Part shown: piece after piece, positions 31,949-36,635 of the stretch
Layout of the letters: each line of letters opens with the position of its first letter
Numbering within the stretch: position 1 is the stretch's first letter
Origin: Acutalibacteraceae bacterium
GTDB lineage: Bacteria; Bacillota; Clostridia; Oscillospirales; Acutalibacteraceae
Length of the DNA: 36,635 bases
Direction of reading: 5' to 3'
NCBI GenBank assembly: GCA_045543505.1
Contig: JAZQMR010000037.1
Coordinates: forward strand, 1-36,635
The notes under the pieces: generated by a model
Database searches by the model: none
Told to the model about the DNA's origin: nothing
The model's input: the letters and a program-made list of their open reading frames with translations, nothing else
Made by a program: the position numbers and the translations under genes

Positions 31949-32891
31949 ACTCCGTTTTTTTCTTCAGGTTTATACCGCTTTTCACAACATATTGCGGGGC
32001 ATTATTTAAGTTAATAAAAATCCGGCCTACGTACTCACCTATCATACCAATAACCATCAGCGTTAAACCGCTAAAAAATGTCAACAGTGAAACAATGCTA
32101 CTATAGCCGATAGCAATATCAGGCGTAACAAACAGCTTATTTATAACAGTATACAAGCCAAAAATAAACCCAATAAAAGCAAATATTACGCCGGCGATGG
32201 ATGTAATTCTCAGCGGCTTTACCGAAAAAGACGTGAAACCATTGAGCCAAAGGGCTAAAAGCTTCTTTAAGCTATAATTGCTCTTTCCCTCCTGACGCTC
32301 ATTCTCTTCCATCTTAACGTTCGCGATATTAGAGGTTGTCCTTAGCAACAAGCCAGCTATATACGGATAACAATTTTGATATTTTATCATCTCGTCAACG
32401 ACAAACCTCTTAATAGCACCAAAATTGCTAAGGCTTAATCTTTTGGGTTTGCCTATCAAGTGCTCAGCCATTATGTCATTCACTTTGCTGCCAAAGTTCT
32501 TAAAACGAGACTGCTTTTTTATGCCATAGTCAGCAATTGAAACATCAAAACCGTTCCTTAGCGGCCCTATCAAATCAAAAACCTTTTCAGCAGGACATTG
32601 CCCGTCATCATCAAGATATATAACGATATCTCCGCTGGAGTAGCGAAATCCCGCCATCAACGCTGCGTGTTGGCCAAAGTTTTTTGCAAAATTTATAGCA
32701 ATTATATTTTCATCACATCGCGCTAACTGCTCTATCACAAGGCTTGTCCCATCCTTAGAAAAATCATTGACCAGAATAATCTCATAGCTAAAGTTTTCAT
32801 CGCTAGCAACTGCCGTTTTTATCGAGTTAACCACATCAGTTATGGTCTTTTCGGAGTTATAACACGGTATGACAAACGATAATTTGCTCAC
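31908..32891 (-). CDS. Polyprenyl-phosphate glycosyltransferase, GT2, ArnC/GtrB/CsbB type
   Basis: KLSFVIPCYNSEKTI...ILVNDFSKDGT...YLDDDGQ, plus two C-terminal TM helices (ITSIAGVIFAFIGFIFGLY, IVSLLTFFSGLTLMVIGMIGEY). The 327-aa size is typical of this subfamily. GTG start at 32891. Confidence 0.8.
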   Translation of the reverse strand: MSKLSFVIPCYNSEKTITDVVNSIKTAVASDENFSYEIILVNDFSKDGTSLVIEQLARCDENIIAINFAKNFGQHAALMAGFRYSSGDIVIYLDDDGQCPAEKVFDLIGPLRNGFDVSIADYGIKKQSRFKNFGSKVNDIMAEHLIGKPKRLSLSNFGAIKRFVVDEMIKYQNCYPYIAGLLLRTTSNIANVKMEENERQEGKSNYSLKKLLALWLNGFTSFSVKPLRITSIAGVIFAFIGFIFGLYTVINKLFVTPDIAIGYSSIVSLLTFFSGLTLMVIGMIGEYVGRIFINLNNAPQYVVKSGINLKKKTECDESNDEKKIFFN

Positions 32892-32935
32892 AATAGCCCA
32901 TCCAATCTTATTTGATAAAAAATCTTGAATTTTGC

Positions 32936-33114
32936 GGGAGTCCCCTAAGCGAGCATCTGGCAGCCGCGAGGCGCCGAATGCCCGCAGGGCCTTCGGCCAG
33001 CCCAGCGCTCAACTTTGTTGAGCGCTGGGCCACAAAGAAAATAATATTTTCTTTGGCCTCGCGGCCCGGCTGCAGCAGCTAATTCAAGTGGGAATGCTCA
33101 CTTAGGGCACTTCT
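32936..33114 (+). mobile_element. MITE copy 4, perfect 8-bp target duplication, inserted into the 3' end of the aminotransferase gene
   Basis: Ends GGGAGTCCCCTAAGCGAGCAT and ATGCTCACTTAGGGCACTTCT. The core is nearly identical to copy 1. AATTTTGC occurs at 32928-32935 and again at 33115-33122. Confidence 0.85.
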
Positions 33115-34224
33115 AATTTTGCTAATTATAAACTCCACATCCGAAGGTTTTATGCCGTAGTAAAGTGGCAACCTTATGATACGTTCGCTTTCTTTGGTCG
33201 TAAATTTATCTTCGCCGTTAAACCTACAATATTTCAGGCCTGCAGGCGCAGAATGAAGTGGAATATAATGGAAAACTGCACATATTCCATTGTCCTTCAA
33301 GTAAGAAAGCAGCCTCGTGCGAACATCAAGATGTTGCACTTTAATGTAAAACATGTGTGCGTTATGAAGGCAACCTTCTGGGATGAAAGGCAGCTCTAAA
33401 AGGCCTGCCTCCGCCAAACTCTTTAGTCCCTCGTAATATAATTTCCAGGTTGCCATACGATTATCATAAATTTTCTCAGCCATCTCGAGTTGCGCCCACA
33501 AGCAAGCCGCATTTATGTCGCTCGGCAAGTATGAAGAGCCTTTATTTACCCAGGTATATTTGTCAACTTGACCTCTAAAGAACTTGCTCCGATCCGTACC
33601 CTTTTCCCGGATTATCTCGGCCAACTCAGCGTCCTTTTGGTCTTTTAAGAGGAGCGCTCCCCCCTCGCCCATGCTATAATTTTTTGTCTCATGGAAGCTG
33701 TAGCACCCATAGTCGCCAATTGTCCCGAGCGCTTGCCCCTTATAGTAACTCATTACACCTTGAGCGGCATCCTCAACTACTTTTAAGTTGTATTTTTGAG
33801 CGAGCTCCATTATTTTATTCATCTCGCACGACACACCCGCATAATGGACTGGCACGATAGCCTTTGTTTTCGGAGTTATCGCGGCTTCAATTAGATTCTC
33901 ATCGATGTTCATGGTATCAGGCCTAATGTCAACAAAAACGACCCTTGCGCCGCGCAGCACAAAGGCATTTGCCGTGGACACAAAAGTATACGACGGCATT
34001 ATCACTTCATCGCCCGGCTGTATGTCGCACAACATAGCTGCCATTTCCAGCGCGCTCGTGCAAGAAGTGGTCAACAGCGCTCTTGTCGCACCGGTTTTCT
34101 CCTCAAACCAACGGTTACATAGTTTTGTAAATTCTCCGTCACCGCAAACTTTCTTATTGTCGTAGGCCTTTTTTATATAGTCCAGTTCAGTGCCAATAAA
34201 GGGTGGTTCATTAAAGTTAATCAT
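33079..34224 (-). CDS. wecE: dTDP-4-keto-6-deoxyhexose 4-aminotransferase, DegT/WecE family
   Basis: Collinear with E. coli WecE almost throughout (FNEPPFIGTELDY...CGDGEFT...IQPGDEVIMPSYTFVSTANAFVLRGA..VFVDIRPDTMNIDE...VPVHYAGV.CEM...FHETKNY...IREKGT.RS.FFRGQVDKYTW...NAHMFYIK...FHYIPLH..PAG...TTKESER..RLPL). The last 11 codons and the stop lie inside the MITE. Confidence 0.9.
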   Translation of the reverse strand: MINFNEPPFIGTELDYIKKAYDNKKVCGDGEFTKLCNRWFEEKTGATRALLTTSCTSALEMAAMLCDIQPGDEVIMPSYTFVSTANAFVLRGARVVFVDIRPDTMNIDENLIEAAITPKTKAIVPVHYAGVSCEMNKIMELAQKYNLKVVEDAAQGVMSYYKGQALGTIGDYGCYSFHETKNYSMGEGGALLLKDQKDAELAEIIREKGTDRSKFFRGQVDKYTWVNKGSSYLPSDINAACLWAQLEMAEKIYDNRMATWKLYYEGLKSLAEAGLLELPFIPEGCLHNAHMFYIKVQHLDVRTRLLSYLKDNGICAVFHYIPLHSAPAGLKYCRFNGEDKFTTKESERIIRLPLYYGIKPSDVEFIISKIRSALSEHSHLN

Positions 34225-34246
34225 ACTTGCTCCTCTACGTGAACTT

Positions 34247-35602
34247 TTATGATGGTAAATAAACTAAGATGTACATATCAACTACTATAAAAGCTAAAAC
34301 CGAACATAGTGCGCCAACAAAAGCATACTGCTGATGCCTTGGTAGCAATTTCTTTGTAAAAAACTCGAACCCTTTAGCAACAAAATAAGCAATTGCCGGA
34401 AGGGCTGGGTAACAATATCGCCCTTGTGCTTGAAAATCCACAGTGTAGCTGTTGTAAATACTCAGCGCCACAGTAACAATTATACAGACCATAAAGCTTA
34501 CTATTATACTAGTCATAAATTTGTCCTTAAAGAGGCTTTTGTGACAAATTTTCTCAACAGCGATACAAATCAAACCTATGATAGCGACAGCAAAAAACAT
34601 TTTATAGAAAAGATATATCCTATCCGGCAAAGGAAATTGCAGATATCCAAAGACGCCAATAAAACTATGATACGTTCCTCTTAACCAACCCATTTCGCCA
34701 AAAAGCATCTGAAATAAACTTATTCCTTGCTTTGCAACGGTTACCCTGTTGGCTGGTTTTAAATAATCTAGTCCATATAAATTTCCATACATACGAGAGG
34801 TCTTAAACCCTAATAAATCCCCGTACACAATTAAATGTCTGACAAAAAAGTAACCTGTAATCAAAAAGACGATACAAAACATAAAGAAAATATATTTAAA
34901 GAGCAACCGATAGTCATTGCAGCGCTCTTTAATAAAGAAAGCAACAAGGAAAACAATAGCGCTACATAGAATCCACGCGTAGCTATTGTAGTAAGTTACA
35001 GCACATATACCAATTCCTATTGCCATTGTGCTACAAATTTTAAAATCTAAGCCTTTCGTCGTGCATAGAGCCCATGAATACATAATTATGGCTACACCAA
35101 GCAAGGCAAGTATGTCATTGTTTATGTAGCTTGCAAGAAAGGCAAACTGCGGAATAAATGCGATTAGTGAAATCATTATCCAACGAGCAGGGGAGTCAAA
35201 AAATATTTTTGAAGTTTTAATGATAAAACATATGATTCCAGTTGCCGCAAACACACTTACCATACGAGCTGACAATAAAATGTAAAACTCATTAGAGGTA
35301 AATAAGCTTGCCAATTTCATAAAAACATAATTTAGCACATGAAGTAATAAGTTAGGCATATGAGCATAAGAAAAGCCCCAGATTGAGTTTGTCGTCTCTT
35401 GCCCAACGGGCAGTCTGTTATTGTTAAACATAAACAGCGACACATCATAGCGCATATACTCATCCGGAGCATAATTAAATGGCTTTTTTATAGCCCACAA
35501 GAAATAAAACGAGAAACACACTATACAAAACAATATTTCGTACCAAGCAAGACCACATAGTTTTATTTTTCTCAGCCTTTGGCTCAACAACATCAGCTCC
35601 AA
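34247..35602 (-). CDS. Polytopic membrane protein, GT-C (PMT_2/DUF2142)-like
   Basis: 451 aa, about 11-12 TM segments. Motif APDEYMRYD lies in the first external loop. TTG 35602 or ATG 35593 start. First gene of the operon. Confidence 0.55.
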   Translation of the reverse strand: MELMLLSQRLRKIKLCGLAWYEILFCIVCFSFYFLWAIKKPFNYAPDEYMRYDVSLFMFNNNRLPVGQETTNSIWGFSYAHMPNLLLHVLNYVFMKLASLFTSNEFYILLSARMVSVFAATGIICFIIKTSKIFFDSPARWIMISLIAFIPQFAFLASYINNDILALLGVAIIMYSWALCTTKGLDFKICSTMAIGIGICAVTYYNSYAWILCSAIVFLVAFFIKERCNDYRLLFKYIFFMFCIVFLITGYFFVRHLIVYGDLLGFKTSRMYGNLYGLDYLKPANRVTVAKQGISLFQMLFGEMGWLRGTYHSFIGVFGYLQFPLPDRIYLFYKMFFAVAIIGLICIAVEKICHKSLFKDKFMTSIIVSFMVCIIVTVALSIYNSYTVDFQAQGRYCYPALPAIAYFVAKGFEFFTKKLLPRHQQYAFVGALCSVLAFIVVDMYILVYLPS

Positions 35603-35632
35603 CTTTTGTTAATGACACTTAAATTATATCAC

Positions 35633-35661
35633 TTTTTTAGTTTCCTGCCAAGCTTGACTCA
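35633..35661 (-). promoter_or_regulatory. Sigma-A-like promoter of the 13-gene operon
   Basis: On the minus strand: TTGGCA (35661-35656), 17-bp spacer, TATAAT (35638-35633) with TG at the extended -10 position (GTGATATAAT). Confidence 0.55.
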
Positions 35662-35789
35662 TTCTCTCGATTAAATTTACAGCGCACTTCTACCCTGCTT
35701 ATATCAATAGGCTCTTTAAAAGAAACAATTATTTGCGGGTCTCTTCTGAAGAAGAACACGCCATTTTTTATTTTTATACCATTTGTTTT

Positions 35790-36555
35790 TAGGGAGTGCC
35801 CTATAGAAGCATTTGTGATATACTAGATTTATGAAATGTAAAGCATGTAATGACGAAACAAAACAAATAAAAACTGGAAAAACAAAGGCGGGAACCAAAA
35901 AGTACAAATGCAAAAAATGCGGAAAATATTACACCCAGGAAAGCAAAAAGAGAGGCCATAGCGAAGAAACAAAGAATCAGGCGATAAAATTATATTTGGA
36001 GGGAAATAGTAGCCGAGCAGTCGGCCGAATTCTGGGAATATGGAAAAATATTGAGCCCAAAGAGACTCTAAATGCGCGGGTTAACGTCATCTAAATGGAC
36101 GAGCTCTATAGTTTCGTCGAGAGAAAAAAAAGATTTTACGCGATAACGCTGGTCAGTAGAGATACACGGGAAATCGTAGGTTTTGACATAGCTTTCGACA
36201 AAAGTCGAGAGCGAATTCAGCGCTTAGTTGATCGTTACGTGAAGGCGTGTCAGTACTACTCTGACGCTTATTCGGCGTATTCAGAAGTGTGCTATGAAGG
36301 CGCTCATACTTCGCTAAAAAATAAAAGTCAAACTTACACCGTTGAAGGTGTAAACTTTGACTTGCGACACTACATTCCTTCTTTACGCCGAAAATCCAAA
36401 TGCTTTTTTCGATCACTTGAAACAGCTAAAGCTGTCTTCAAAATTTTTGTTAAAGCCTTCAATCTATTTGCTCGTGCTAAAAAGAATTTTCCTCACCTGA
36501 AATCTGCTTTTTGTCTCTCGAGTTTTATTTAAATGCTCAACCAGGGCACTCCCTA
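35790..36555 (+). mobile_element. IS1-family insertion sequence with both inverted repeats present
   Basis: TAGGGAGTGCCCT at 35790-35802 and its inverse AGGGCACTCCCTA at 36543-36555. 766 bp, coding for a zinc-finger/HTH domain plus an IS1-type DDE domain. No flanking target duplication. Confidence 0.85.
35831..36532 (+). pseudogene. IS1-family transposase interrupted by one in-frame TAA (36092-36094)
   Basis: ORFs 35831-36094 and 36095-36532 are in the same frame (both coordinates are 2 mod 3). ...NARVNVI*MDELYSF aligns with ...SVVIELDEMWHF of the IS at 8931, so the stop sits where a Glu codon (GAA) is expected. Confidence 0.75.
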
Positions 36556-36568
36556 GGTCCTTTGTCTC

Positions 36569-36597
36569 TTGACAATCGTATTTTCCCGTGCTATTAT
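36569..36597 (+). promoter_or_regulatory. Possible outward-facing promoter just beyond the IS
   Basis: TTGACA (36569-36574), 17-bp spacer, TATTAT (36592-36597). The downstream gene is outside the window. Confidence 0.35.
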
Positions 36598-36635
36598 TAA
36601 TGCAGCTGTTCTTCCAAAGACAGTAGGTGCAGGAT

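Noticed and set aside
36085-36130. Programmed -1 frameshift between InsA-like and InsB-like ORFs, as in E. coli IS1 (an A-run is present at 36122-36129).
   Set aside because: Both ORFs are already in the same frame and are separated only by TAA. A frameshift would break the protein rather than join it.
20638-36555. The AT-rich island as a classical composite transposon.
   Set aside because: The flanking IS copies belong to different IS1-family lineages. One side is truncated and decayed, and no matching target-site duplication flanks the block.

Overview
This window looks like chromosome from an endospore-forming Firmicute (Clostridia-like). It starts in conserved housekeeping genes and runs into an accessory region heavily scarred by insertion sequences.

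Layout:
1. 1-4.2 kb: dnaB tail, tilS, hpt and ftsH, all on the + strand and GC-rich (37/60 G+C in line 3001-3060).
2. 4.2-8.9 kb: a small AT-rich cassette encoding a secreted Cys-rich protein, bracketed by two near-identical terminator hairpins and an IS end. It is followed by a TipAL/Mta-like MerR regulator with a 19-bp-spacer promoter, an isolated spoVAE, spoVT, and a convergent secreted protein made of 30 in-phase octapeptide repeats (GxGxTxVx).
3. 8.9-10.2 kb: nested IS debris (IS1 and IS5 families).
4. 10.3-19.1 kb: a + strand Wzx/Wzy polysaccharide locus with the CDP-ribitol genes tarI and tarJ, a LicD transferase and three GT2 enzymes.
5. 19.3-20.3 kb: an RluA-family pseudouridine synthase.
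6. 20.6-22.2 kb: head-to-head decayed IS1-family copies around an IS5 remnant.
7. 22.2-35.7 kb: an AT-rich 13-gene minus-strand operon (21/60 G+C in line 30001-30060).
8. 35.8-36.6 kb: an IS1-family element whose transposase carries an in-frame TAA.

The operon in (7) combines two things. One is an Arn-like set: a WecE-type aminotransferase, an ArnC/GtrB-type GT2, GT-C-like membrane proteins and an ArnE/F-like pair. The other is an acyl-group module: GNAT, SDR, ACP, ANL ligase, LuxE-like, LuxC-like and an MDH-like dehydrogenase. This is my best candidate for an undescribed system.

A ~178-bp MITE family is superimposed on the whole window, with four full copies and one truncated copy. Its terminal inverted repeats match the IS1-family element, two copies have perfect 8-bp target duplications, and the core folds into a three-hairpin four-way junction. 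One copy sits inside the polysaccharide operon. Another now supplies the last 11 codons and the stop of the aminotransferase.

All alignments, motif calls and G+C counts were done by eye. No database search was possible.
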